In this document: piece by piece, positions 31,950 through 40,281 of the stretch
Layout: every line of letters starts with the position of its first letter
Position numbering within the stretch: the first letter of the stretch is position 1
Assembly: GCA_001786765.1 (NCBI GenBank)
Contig: MFTH01000010.1
Span: 34,105-98,104, forward strand
DNA from: Candidatus Nomurabacteria bacterium RIFCSPHIGHO2_01_FULL_37_25
Lineage (GTDB): Bacteria; Patescibacteriota; Minisyncoccia; Phycocordibacterales; UBA9973
Direction: 5' to 3'
Length of the DNA: 64,000 bases
The notes under the pieces: model-generated
The model's input: the letters and a program-made list of their open reading frames with translations, nothing else
The model's database searches: none
What the model was told of the DNA's origin: nothing
Position numbers and translations under genes: made by a program

Positions 31950-34418
31950 CTATTTCAGCAGTTCGTATTCAAACAATTTTGGCTGGATTTTTGTTTCATA
32001 ATATTTATTAAGTTTTGTTTTTAAAGCTAATAGTTTTGTATTTAGTTGAGGATGATCATAAATTATTATTTCATTTTCATCTTTATGGTTAGTATTGAGC
32101 TCATTGTCTATTTGATATGTTCCATAAGTGTATTTGAAATTGTAATTTTTGATTTTCTTAGCCTCACTTAACACTTCCTTGAATGAAGCTAAAAGTTCTT
32201 TTTCTGATTCTAAAAGTTTAAATGATTTCAATTTTTCCGTGGCAACCGTTTTACCATCAAAACATAATTCATTTCGATAAAATCTGCCATCGGAACCATC
32301 GAATGATCTGCACTTATTGAAATAAGATAGACACGTATAAATTAAACAGGATTTTAGAAAATCCTTATCATACGTATAAGCACTGCCACCATCAGATGTC
32401 TTGAAAATGGTACCTTTCTCCCACCAACGACTACCTGAATCATATTTACCAGCCGCAAAAAGTGGTAACTTTTCTAAATAATTACCGGTATGTATATAAA
32501 AACCATGACCATCATACAATCCGCAACGAACCATTGTTGTTGCCAGTCTAGGATGATCAAACCCGAACTCTCTTGAAACTAAATAACCGAGTATGGATTT
32601 ATTGAAGATTGGTTTAATCGAGGCCTTAGTATACTGCTTTTGTGTTTCTCTCCCATCTAACTCAAGTAGAACTCCGACATCATCACTGTTTGTTGCTTCA
32701 TATTTATCATATAATTTACTAATAAGATTATGCGCTTTTTTTACTTTAACCTTATGTAGAGGTGAGATATTCAAAACATTGGTATTTGAGGTACCTTGTA
32801 TATCTATATCGTAAGCCATTAATATAAGTTCTTCCTTTTTCTCATCTAAGTTTTGCCATAAAATACAACTGATTGCCGATGGACCAGCATGAAAATGTAC
32901 ACGATTAAACAAGAATCCATCAATAAATTTATGATCTCCGAGACTAAGCGATTTCCAGTACTTGATAGGACTAAACAATATAAAATAATCATCTGTTTTA
33001 TTTAGATAATATTTATAAGCACTTGAAATAAAAAGATTGGATAAGTCATTTAGTGCTGGTCCTTTTAACTCTCCTCGCAATTGTTCTTTTACATAACTCG
33101 TATAACCCTTAGTTGCATTGGTATGGCTATTGCTTGCAGTATCACGAAATGGTGGATTTTCTAATAAAATAATATTAATTTTTTTATCTTTTACAAAATT
33201 ATTCAACTCAAAAATAGAGTTAATATACTCCTTACTCATTTTTATTTTTCCTTTGCCGAGTATAAATTGCTCACTCAGTGCATCACCCCCATTAACTAAG
33301 GCCTCCTTACCAGAAATTTCACCTGGAGGCGGAATAATCATTTTTACTTTGTTGCCGATGCGTTCATTTAAAACAACCCATTCTTTCAATTCATAGGTGT
33401 TAACAATGGCGTGAGATAATTCATTGTCAAAAATATAATCTCTGATTTTAGTTTTTGTTGGAAATTTTTCAAGGTATTTAAGAGTTATTTGATTAACATC
33501 ATCAAGTTTTAATCTTTTTAGTATGTGGGGGATAAAGTTTGCTTTTTCTGAAATATATTTTTCAATAAACTCATCTGATAAATATTTTTGCAATTCACCA
33601 ATAGTAATATCATTTACCTGTTTATCAGTTAAGAATTCCAAAAGATTGCCGGTTCCAGCGCAACGATCAAGAATAATATAATCATTACTTTTCGGAATCT
33701 GAGCAATAGCTTTACGCACAAGCTCAATGGCTTTTTTGCAGTAGCTAGGAGGCGTATAAAAAGCACCGAGCTCCTTGCGGTGCATCTTATCATTTAGAAG
33801 ATCCATTATATATTTAAAGTCTTTTTCTTCTCCTTTCCATGGATAAATGAACCTTTTAAAATATTTTGGCTCACGAAATTCTTCAAATAATTTAATCTTA
33901 GTGGCTTTAGGATTTTCAGAATAAAAACGATTGGACCAACCGACAACGTCATAGATATCGATAGTCACTTTAGTAAAATTGTTTGTTTGCACTAATTCAA
34001 TGATGCGTTGAATTCCGACTGGTTTATCGTATTTAATAACCTCCGGTTTTATTATTGTACTAAACTTATCATTGCCCTTACTAGCAGCGCCGATAAAAGG
34101 AGGACAGTTAATATATTTATTGGCAAAATCTTGAGACTTAAAGAGGTAGGCAATTTCTTGATTCAGATCTACTAATAAAATGTTTGCAGGAATACTAACA
34201 CCCTTGACACGCATATGGTTTAGATATTTTAGCGCTTGAAAAAGGGTGGTATTGATATTATTTATGTTAAGTTTAAATTCAAATATATTTCCATTATAGA
34301 TACCGTCAGTATTGTTGCTAAGTTCGGTATCTGTAATACCAAATTTACCAAAAAATTCAATTTGCCCTTCGCGCTCAGATAGAAAATTATTTACAGATTT
34401 AAATGTTTTTTTTATCAT
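31950..34418 (-). CDS. MmeI-like type IIG restriction-modification enzyme (N-terminal PD-(D/E)xK-like D-x8-EFK, gamma-class N6-adenine methyltransferase core, C-terminal TRD-like region)
   Basis: Motif X GAFYTP, motif I DRCAGTGNLL, motif IV LLENPPF; N-terminal DGIYNGNIFEFK resembles the MmeI D-x9-ExK nuclease motif. Confidence 0.65.
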   Translation of the reverse strand: MIKKTFKSVNNFLSEREGQIEFFGKFGITDTELSNNTDGIYNGNIFEFKLNINNINTTLFQALKYLNHMRVKGVSIPANILLVDLNQEIAYLFKSQDFANKYINCPPFIGAASKGNDKFSTIIKPEVIKYDKPVGIQRIIELVQTNNFTKVTIDIYDVVGWSNRFYSENPKATKIKLFEEFREPKYFKRFIYPWKGEEKDFKYIMDLLNDKMHRKELGAFYTPPSYCKKAIELVRKAIAQIPKSNDYIILDRCAGTGNLLEFLTDKQVNDITIGELQKYLSDEFIEKYISEKANFIPHILKRLKLDDVNQITLKYLEKFPTKTKIRDYIFDNELSHAIVNTYELKEWVVLNERIGNKVKMIIPPPGEISGKEALVNGGDALSEQFILGKGKIKMSKEYINSIFELNNFVKDKKINIILLENPPFRDTASNSHTNATKGYTSYVKEQLRGELKGPALNDLSNLFISSAYKYYLNKTDDYFILFSPIKYWKSLSLGDHKFIDGFLFNRVHFHAGPSAISCILWQNLDEKKEELILMAYDIDIQGTSNTNVLNISPLHKVKVKKAHNLISKLYDKYEATNSDDVGVLLELDGRETQKQYTKASIKPIFNKSILGYLVSREFGFDHPRLATTMVRCGLYDGHGFYIHTGNYLEKLPLFAAGKYDSGSRWWEKGTIFKTSDGGSAYTYDKDFLKSCLIYTCLSYFNKCRSFDGSDGRFYRNELCFDGKTVATEKLKSFKLLESEKELLASFKEVLSEAKKIKNYNFKYTYGTYQIDNELNTNHKDENEIIIYDHPQLNTKLLALKTKLNKYYETKIQPKLFEYELLK

Positions 34419-34524
34419 AAATTTATTTCAAAAGTTCATCCGCAGAAACCCCTAACGCTTTTGCTAATCTCATAAAAAAACGGATTCGTTTCATATTTTA
34501 CCCTAGTTTTTGATTCGTTCATAA

Positions 34525-35676
34525 TTATTTTTCGGCGCCACTAAACAAGCTAACATATTCATCATAAATATATGATTGACCATATTTCTTATCTTTATCT
34601 TTTGGAGTAAGAATCCCTATTTTTATAAATCTATCAATAACAGTCTGTGCTCCTGCGCGAGTAAACCCTGTCCATTTTTGAACGACAGTATTGTTTACGA
34701 TCGGTTGTCCGTAAAGTTTAGGTAAAACTTTAATGGCGCTTTCTGATGCTCGCTTACCCAATGTCTGTACTTTTCCCATATCCTGTTGGCGTAGCATGGT
34801 GATTTTGCCAACAATATCAATCGCCTCATTAGCAATCTCAATAACTCCATCAAGAAAAAAATCCACCCAATCAGACACAACCCCATGATGATAACCAAAA
34901 AGCTTCTCGTAATAGAGTTGCTGATGTTTCTTGAAGTAAGATGATAAGAAAAGTACCGGCTTCTCAAGAAATTTTTCTTTCCATAAATAGAAAGTGATGA
35001 GCATGCGACCCGTCCTGCCATTTCCATCAAGAAAAGGGTGGATTGTCTCAAATTGCGCGTGCAAAAGACCCGCCTTGATAACGGTCAAGGTCCCATCTTC
35101 ATCGTGCATATAATTCTCAAGATCGGTAAGCGCTTTATGCATCGCATCTACCGGAGGCGGTACAAATCGCGCGTTGTCGGGCCGAGTTCCTCCAATCCAG
35201 TTTTGAGTTTTACGAAACTCGCCAGGATCAGAAAAGTGAGTAGCTCTGGCTTTGTGCATCAATTTTTCGTGAAGTTCTCGGATGAACCGCAGAGTTAAGG
35301 GAAAGTCATCCGCCACTATGCGCTTCATTCCATAATTTAAAGCCTTAATGTAATGCAAAATATCATCAACATCTTCAGGAATGTTTGTATTGATTTTGAC
35401 TTCCGCCTCAATGGCATCAATCATCGTCGCCATAGTGCCCTCGATTTGGCTTGACGAGGCGGCGTCTTTGCGTAAGTACATAAGCAAGAAAAAATCAGCG
35501 TCAGGCAAAAGCTTGGTGATGCCATCTAATTTGCCAAGGAGCCGTGTTGCTTCGTTGTTTTTCTTAAGAATTTTTGAATCAAAATCAAAATTCTCTTTTG
35601 GCGGAAAAGGATTAGGAATAAAGGCTTTAAATCCTTCTTTTTGCTCTTTATTTATGCCAATTTGTATTGATTTCAT
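34525..35676 (-). CDS. Fic-family protein (AMPylator-type)
   Basis: HPFLDGNGRTGRMLITFYLW Fic motif, Fic_N region, C-terminal wHTH. Confidence 0.85.
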   Translation of the reverse strand: MKSIQIGINKEQKEGFKAFIPNPFPPKENFDFDSKILKKNNEATRLLGKLDGITKLLPDADFFLLMYLRKDAASSSQIEGTMATMIDAIEAEVKINTNIPEDVDDILHYIKALNYGMKRIVADDFPLTLRFIRELHEKLMHKARATHFSDPGEFRKTQNWIGGTRPDNARFVPPPVDAMHKALTDLENYMHDEDGTLTVIKAGLLHAQFETIHPFLDGNGRTGRMLITFYLWKEKFLEKPVLFLSSYFKKHQQLYYEKLFGYHHGVVSDWVDFFLDGVIEIANEAIDIVGKITMLRQQDMGKVQTLGKRASESAIKVLPKLYGQPIVNNTVVQKWTGFTRAGAQTVIDRFIKIGILTPKDKDKKYGQSYIYDEYVSLFSGAEK

Positions 35677-35712
35677 AAGGTTTGTTTCTATCTTTTTTAT
35701 AATGTATACAAC

Positions 35713-35860
35713 TTTGAATTACGAAACTCGTCGAAGGCATGTCTTTTTTAGGGGGTTTCGAGGCTGTCGAGCCGAGAACTTCAGGATTTTTTAAGCTTAA
35801 AAAAATCCGTACCCTAGAAAAAGACATGCCTAGAAAGAGTTTTGTAATTCATGATATACA
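35713..35860. mobile_element. MITE-like element copy 1 (~148 bp, 17-bp TIRs TTTGAATTACGAAACT / AGTTT[TC]GTAATTC[AA])
   Basis: TIRs flank a core with GGCTGTCGAGCCGAG and the perfect palindrome GGATTTTTTAAGCTTAAAAAAATCC. Confidence 0.75.
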
Positions 35861-35979
35861 AAGTATAGCAGTTTGTATCTTTTTGGTCAAGAGATGTATA
35901 CAAACCTACGATTCCCCACTAAACGCCTTATTCATCGTGAATTACCTCATTTTTCACTCGTTCCCTCTGAAGTTTCGAT

Positions 35980-36054
35980 TGGTGAGCGTGGATGGAATCG
36001 GACCATCGGCCTCTGTCTTATCAGGACAGCGTTCTACCACTGAACTACACGCTC
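35980..36054 (-). tRNA. tRNA-Ile(GAT) with atypical T-loop (TCCGATT), CCA encoded
   Basis: Reverse complement GAGCGTGTAGTTCAGTGGTAGAACGCTGTCCTGATAAGACAGAGGCCGATGGTCCGATTCCATCCACGCTCACCA; canonical cloverleaf but C at the usually invariant U55. Confidence 0.65.
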
Positions 36055-36082
36055 ATACTTAAATTTTAAAATGACACTGAAA

Positions 36083-36122
36083 GCCGACGATTCTGTCGGC
36101 TCCCCGACCAAATGCGTCGGGG
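36083..36122. repeat. Intergenic copy of the GC-rich double-hairpin element (family P2)
   Basis: GCCGACgattctGTCGGC and CCCCGACcaaatgcGTCGGGG. Confidence 0.65.
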
Positions 36123-36147
36123 CTACACGCTCAAAACTTGTGAATTA

Positions 36148-36300
36148 CGAAACTCGTCGAAGGCATGTCTTTTTTAGGGGGTTTCGAGGCTGTCGAGCCG
36201 AGAACTTCAGGATTTTTCAACCTGCCTGCCGGCAGGCAGGGCTTCGAAAAATCCGTATCCTAGAAAAAGACATGCCTAGAAAGAGTTTCGTAATTCAAAG
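36148..36300. mobile_element. MITE-like element copy 2 with nested CCTGCCTGCCGGCAGGCAGGG palindrome replacing the central AAGCTT hairpin
   Basis: Same TIRs and core as copy 1; 36221-36241 carries the P1 palindrome. Confidence 0.75.
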
Positions 36301-36335
36301 TCAAAACATAAACAAATATAACATAAACAAAACAA

Positions 36336-36365
36336 AAAACCACCCAAGGTGGTTTTTTGTTTAAT
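36336..36365. terminator. Bidirectional rho-independent terminator (AACCACCCAAGGTGGTT flanked by A and T runs)
   Basis: Perfect hairpin with poly-T on both strands, downstream of the RRM gene. Confidence 0.7.
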
Positions 36366-36404
36366 CTTTTGTCTAAATATAAACCCACGCTAAGCGTGAT
36401 AAGT

Positions 36405-36725
36405 TTAGTATTCTCGGCGTCCACCTCCTCCCCCATAACCTCCTCGGTCATTGCCTCCACTTCTTGGTGGTCGAGCTTCCATAGGGCGAGCTTCATTGAC
36501 AGTAAGTTTACGTCCTTCGAATTCTTGGTCATTAAACATAGAGATAGCTTTTGTTGCTTCATCCTGTGTTGCCATTTCTACGAATCCAAAACCTTTTGAA
36601 CGACCAGACATCTTGTCCATAATAATCACAGCAGATACAACTGATCCTGCTTGCGCGAAGAGCTCTTTCAGAGCGTCTTCTTGAGTGCTGTAAGGGAGTC
36701 CCCCTACATATAGCTTTGTAGCCAT
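36405..36725 (-). CDS. RRM-domain RNA-binding protein with Gly/Arg-rich tail
   Basis: RNP-2 LYVGGL, RNP-1 KGFGFVEM, C-terminal RGGYGGGGG. Confidence 0.85.
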   Translation of the reverse strand: MATKLYVGGLPYSTQEDALKELFAQAGSVVSAVIIMDKMSGRSKGFGFVEMATQDEATKAISMFNDQEFEGRKLTVNEARPMEARPPRSGGNDRGGYGGGGGRREY

Positions 36726-36972
36726 ATTGTTACTTCTTCCTTTTTTACGAAAAAGGACAAAAAACTACTTAATAAAACGTAGAAACTCTTTCGCTTAAGT
36801 GAGAAACTACCTAGATAGTGTAATATAAAATAAATTAAAACGCAAACAATTTACTAACTTTCTATTTCTCATCTTAAAGAACTTTTACACAACTAGCGAG
36901 TACATTAAAAAAAGTTATTTTTTTGTTTTTGTTTCTTTTTTCATACGACTAAAACTAAGCAGAAATTCTGGT

Positions 36973-37449
36973 TCATTCTTTCATGCAAACATCCCTACAA
37001 ACTTTTACACCGTCCTCATTGGCGCAAGACAAACATTCAGAGGAAAGTTTACAGTTGTAAGTAACCTCTGTGGGTTTATAGCCCTTTAACATATTAATTG
37101 TAATATCTTCTGCTGGATATTCATATTGTTGCGCAGTAATATACCCGGCCTTTTTTGACATCAAATTGGCAGAACTCCCAACCCTGTATAAAATCTGAAA
37201 ATAACCTAAAGAATCTGTGTGTACGCTATTCACATACATTTTATCCCACACAATGTTGCCATTTTGGAAACCCCAACCAACTTGGTTTACAGAAACTTCT
37301 GCATTATTTATAACTTCGTTAGTCCCACAATCGCGTACATAGCCACTAATAACTTTCTCGCGACGAGTGTAAATAAAAAATACTGTAATAACCAAGATAA
37401 GAATTAATCCTAGAAACAATCTTGTTTTTGAAGTAAATAGTAAATTCAT
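36973..37449 (-). CDS. Hypothetical membrane-anchored Cys-rich secreted protein
   Basis: N-terminal TM, eight Cys in the C-terminal part. Confidence 0.4.
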   Translation of the reverse strand: MNLLFTSKTRLFLGLILILVITVFFIYTRREKVISGYVRDCGTNEVINNAEVSVNQVGWGFQNGNIVWDKMYVNSVHTDSLGYFQILYRVGSSANLMSKKAGYITAQQYEYPAEDITINMLKGYKPTEVTYNCKLSSECLSCANEDGVKVCRDVCMKE

Positions 37450-37461
37450 AAGAATGTAATT

Positions 37462-37535
37462 GACTCAATAAATTTCTGAATTACTTTGAATTATATCACA
37501 CCCATCTATAAGGGATACTAAAAGATAAAGTGGAT
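37462..37535. promoter_or_regulatory. Repeated promoter/5'UTR cassette, copy A (GACTCAATAAATTTCTGAATTACTTTGAATTATA..CACAC..ATAAGGGATACTAAAAGATAAAGTG)
   Basis: ~75-bp near-identical copy at 38860-38934, partial copy at 38090-38127; contains TTGAAT..TATAAG promoter-like hexamers. Confidence 0.5.
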
Positions 37536-37538
37536 AAA

Positions 37539-37829
37539 TTATTTCAGATTTATTTCAAGCTTCTCTACCCGCACAGTTAGATTATCTATTTTTCTATCAT
37601 AAGCTACATGGTCAGTATACAAAGTGGAAATATTGTCTCTGAAAGATTTACTATCTTCGTGTACCGCTTTAATTTCTTTCAACACTACTTGCAATACATC
37701 TCCTTGAGTTTTTTGTGTTTTCAAGTCTGCTTTTGTAGCCATCTTATTTTCTAACCTCTCAAAACTATTATTCATTATAATAACTAGTTTATCGATGGTC
37801 ATCTTTTTAGTTTTTGTTTCTTTTTTCAT
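37539..37829 (-). CDS. Hypothetical coiled-coil protein
   Basis: 96-aa ORF, heptad-like pattern; its 5' end and upstream region are partly duplicated at 36925-36951. Confidence 0.35.
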   Translation of the reverse strand: MKKETKTKKMTIDKLVIIMNNSFERLENKMATKADLKTQKTQGDVLQVVLKEIKAVHEDSKSFRDNISTLYTDHVAYDRKIDNLTVRVEKLEINLK

Positions 37830-38207
37830 ACTCCTGAATCATACTAAACACTATTTTTTATGCAAACTATGGATTACTCTTCCTTCTTCTCTACTTGATG
37901 ACTTAGAAAAGGAATAACGTGCATCTTGAGACGCACGTCATTAAAAACTACCACCGTAGAGTCCTGAAAAAGAATATTACGGCGAGATAAAAAACGACAC
38001 TAAAAACCACAATACCTAGAATTTCCATCACAAAAAACCCCTTTCTTCTGGATGTACTGTGTTGTTTTTTTGTTACATCCGCCGGTTAATATATCACAAA
38101 GATACTAAAAGATAAAGTGGATTACTCAATGTCTTTCGTAATATGCTCGATATTTTATACTCCGCTAAGCCATATCTTATTTTGATTTTTTGTAAATCTG
38201 ATCATGA

Positions 38208-38831
38208 TTACTTAGTAAATTTAAAGGTTTTAGCTATCTGGCGGGCCACATTTATTCTTTCCTCCCCATCTTTAGAAGGAAAGGTGCCAAAACTATAACC
38301 CGTGTTATCCTTTACAAAGATTGTCGAAATACTAATATTCTGAAATCTATCCGTTACAACTATTTCTTTTGCTGGCAGTCCAGAAAAGATACTTTCTTTC
38401 CAATTTAAACTGGCATCATATTTATTTTTTAGAAACTCTTGTAAATTTGTCTGATCAGGATAAACACTTAAGCCTATATGAAACTTATATGTTGGCTCAC
38501 TTGATGGACGAAGAGTAACAATAGTAGATCTAACACCATAATTGTCATTATCTTCTAGCCAATCATCCGGATACTTAAACTCAAACCCATACTTTTCATT
38601 GCGATAGGTTTTCCAATTTACGGTTTCATCTTTAATAGGATCAATAAGTAGTAATGTTTCACCACTTTTCTTCTCAACCACATCATCTGATACTTGAACA
38701 TTATCCCCTATTGGTACTTGAGTACCTTTGCCCCCATTTAGAAAAAAACCCATCTTCAAAACTCCCACACCTAAAATGGCTACAATGCCGACTACGACGA
38801 GTATGCCGATAAAGCCAAATCCTTTTTGCAT
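38208..38831 (-). CDS. Hypothetical secreted protein with prepilin-like N-terminus
   Basis: MQKGFGFIGILVVVGIVAILG resembles a class III (type IV pilin) signal but lacks Glu5. Confidence 0.45.
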   Translation of the reverse strand: MQKGFGFIGILVVVGIVAILGVGVLKMGFFLNGGKGTQVPIGDNVQVSDDVVEKKSGETLLLIDPIKDETVNWKTYRNEKYGFEFKYPDDWLEDNDNYGVRSTIVTLRPSSEPTYKFHIGLSVYPDQTNLQEFLKNKYDASLNWKESIFSGLPAKEIVVTDRFQNISISTIFVKDNTGYSFGTFPSKDGEERINVARQIAKTFKFTK

Positions 38832-38859
38832 AAAATAAAAAATAATTTGTTAATAATAC

Positions 38860-38934
38860 GACTCAATAAATTTCTGAATTACTTTGAATTATACCACACA
38901 CATCCATAAGGGATACTAAAAGATAAAGTGTATT
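38860..38934. promoter_or_regulatory. Repeated promoter/5'UTR cassette, copy B
   Basis: See 37462-37535. Confidence 0.5.
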
Positions 38935-39913
38935 ACTCGTCTTCCCCCACTAATCCAGAATCAAGTGTGGCAATGATCTCCCCCATGTCGCCTTCCATGA
39001 TTTTTGGCAAATTGTGCCAAGATTTTTTGATACGATGATCGGTCACACGATCTTGTGGAAAGTTATAGGTGCGAATTTTCTCTGATCTATCGCCAGTGCC
39101 TATTTGGTCTTTACGCTCTCCCGCATACTTTTTTGCTTCTTTTTCTTCTTCTAACTGCTGTAATTTCGCAGATAAAATTTGCATCGCTTTTTCACGATTT
39201 GCGAGCTGACTTCTTTGATTACTTGAACGCACATCAATGCCAGTAGGCTTATGAATTAACCGCACAGCTGTTTCAACTTTGTTCACATTTTGTCCGCCTT
39301 TTCCTCCTGAGCGAGAATATTCCATTTCCAGATCAGCCGGATTAATTTCAAAATTTACTTTTTTTCTAATTGGAAGCACCGCCACCGACGCAGTGGAAGT
39401 ATGCACTCGGCCATTTTTCTCCGTCGCAGGTATTCTCTGCACTCGATGCACGCCTTGCTCATAACGCATTTTTTTATACACATTGTTATTTTTGTCTTTG
39501 CCTTTAATTTCAAAACTCGCTTCTTTATAACCACTCAAGTCGCTTTTGGATTCATAATTTGTTTTCCATTCCCAATTTTCCATTTCAGAAAATTTTTCAT
39601 ACATATGCGCTAACTCCCAAGCAAATAAAGAGGCTTCATCTCCACCGGCTCCAGCTCTCACCTCAAGCACTATTTCATTTGAAAAATCTTCCTTTGCTTC
39701 TTCTTCTTTATCTTTATCTAAAATTTCTTGTATTTGTTTTTCTACTCCTTCTTTTTCCTCCTGAATTGATTTCAGTTCGGCTGCCGCCATTTCATGCAAA
39801 GTTTCATCACTTGCCAACATTTCTCGCACTTCAGATTCTTGACGTTCTAAACGCTGAAGCGACTCCGCAAGATAACTCGTACGGTGGTCTTTTTTTAATT
39901 CTTCAATATTCAT
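38933..39913 (-). CDS. prfA: Peptide chain release factor 1
   Basis: GGQ motif, PAT tripeptide (RF1 type). Confidence 0.93.
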   Translation of the reverse strand: MNIEELKKDHRTSYLAESLQRLERQESEVREMLASDETLHEMAAAELKSIQEEKEGVEKQIQEILDKDKEEEAKEDFSNEIVLEVRAGAGGDEASLFAWELAHMYEKFSEMENWEWKTNYESKSDLSGYKEASFEIKGKDKNNNVYKKMRYEQGVHRVQRIPATEKNGRVHTSTASVAVLPIRKKVNFEINPADLEMEYSRSGGKGGQNVNKVETAVRLIHKPTGIDVRSSNQRSQLANREKAMQILSAKLQQLEEEKEAKKYAGERKDQIGTGDRSEKIRTYNFPQDRVTDHRIKKSWHNLPKIMEGDMGEIIATLDSGLVGEDE

Positions 39914-40132
39914 TTATTTTTTTATTTTCGCAGTTGCGGCGCTACGTTTTTTAAATCTTTCCACACGTCCAGCGGTGTCTATGATTTTTTCATTACCAGT
40001 ATAAAAAGGGTGGCATTGACTACAAATTTCTATTTTTATTTCAGGCATAGTTGAACCAACTTCAAAAACCGCTCCGCAGGCGCAAGTGGCTTTAGTCTTT
40101 ATATCATATTTAGGGTGTATGTCTTTTTTCAT
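39914..40132 (-). CDS. rpmE: 50S ribosomal protein L31
   Basis: [10 protein letters not shown]-terminus, CxxC zinc motifs. Confidence 0.9.
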   Translation of the reverse strand: MKKDIHPKYDIKTKATCACGAVFEVGSTMPEIKIEICSQCHPFYTGNEKIIDTAGRVERFKKRSAATAKIKK

Positions 40133-40252
40133 CCCGTTAGAGATAGGAAACCTTTGGATTTCCGTACATAAAATTATTTTTTATAAACCGAATCAACCAT
40201 TATTATTAAATATTTCTCCTTGACCCCATTAAACTAATTGATCTTTAACGGG
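40133..40252 (-). promoter_or_regulatory. 5' leader inverted repeat (CCCGTTAAAGA...TCTCTAACGGG-ATG) of rpmE
   Basis: 11-bp arms (one mismatch) enclosing ~100 nt; 3' arm abuts the start codon. Confidence 0.45.
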
Positions 40253-40281
40253 ATTCATTATCTAGAGAGATTATCATGATT

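Noticed and set aside
35381-36364. ORFs 35381-35794, 35739-36062, 36071-36364, 36260-36562 in the MITE/tRNA-Ile region
   Set aside because: They run through MITE copies, the tRNA-Ile and GC-rich hairpins, and their start sequences are duplicated with the repeats; non-coding.
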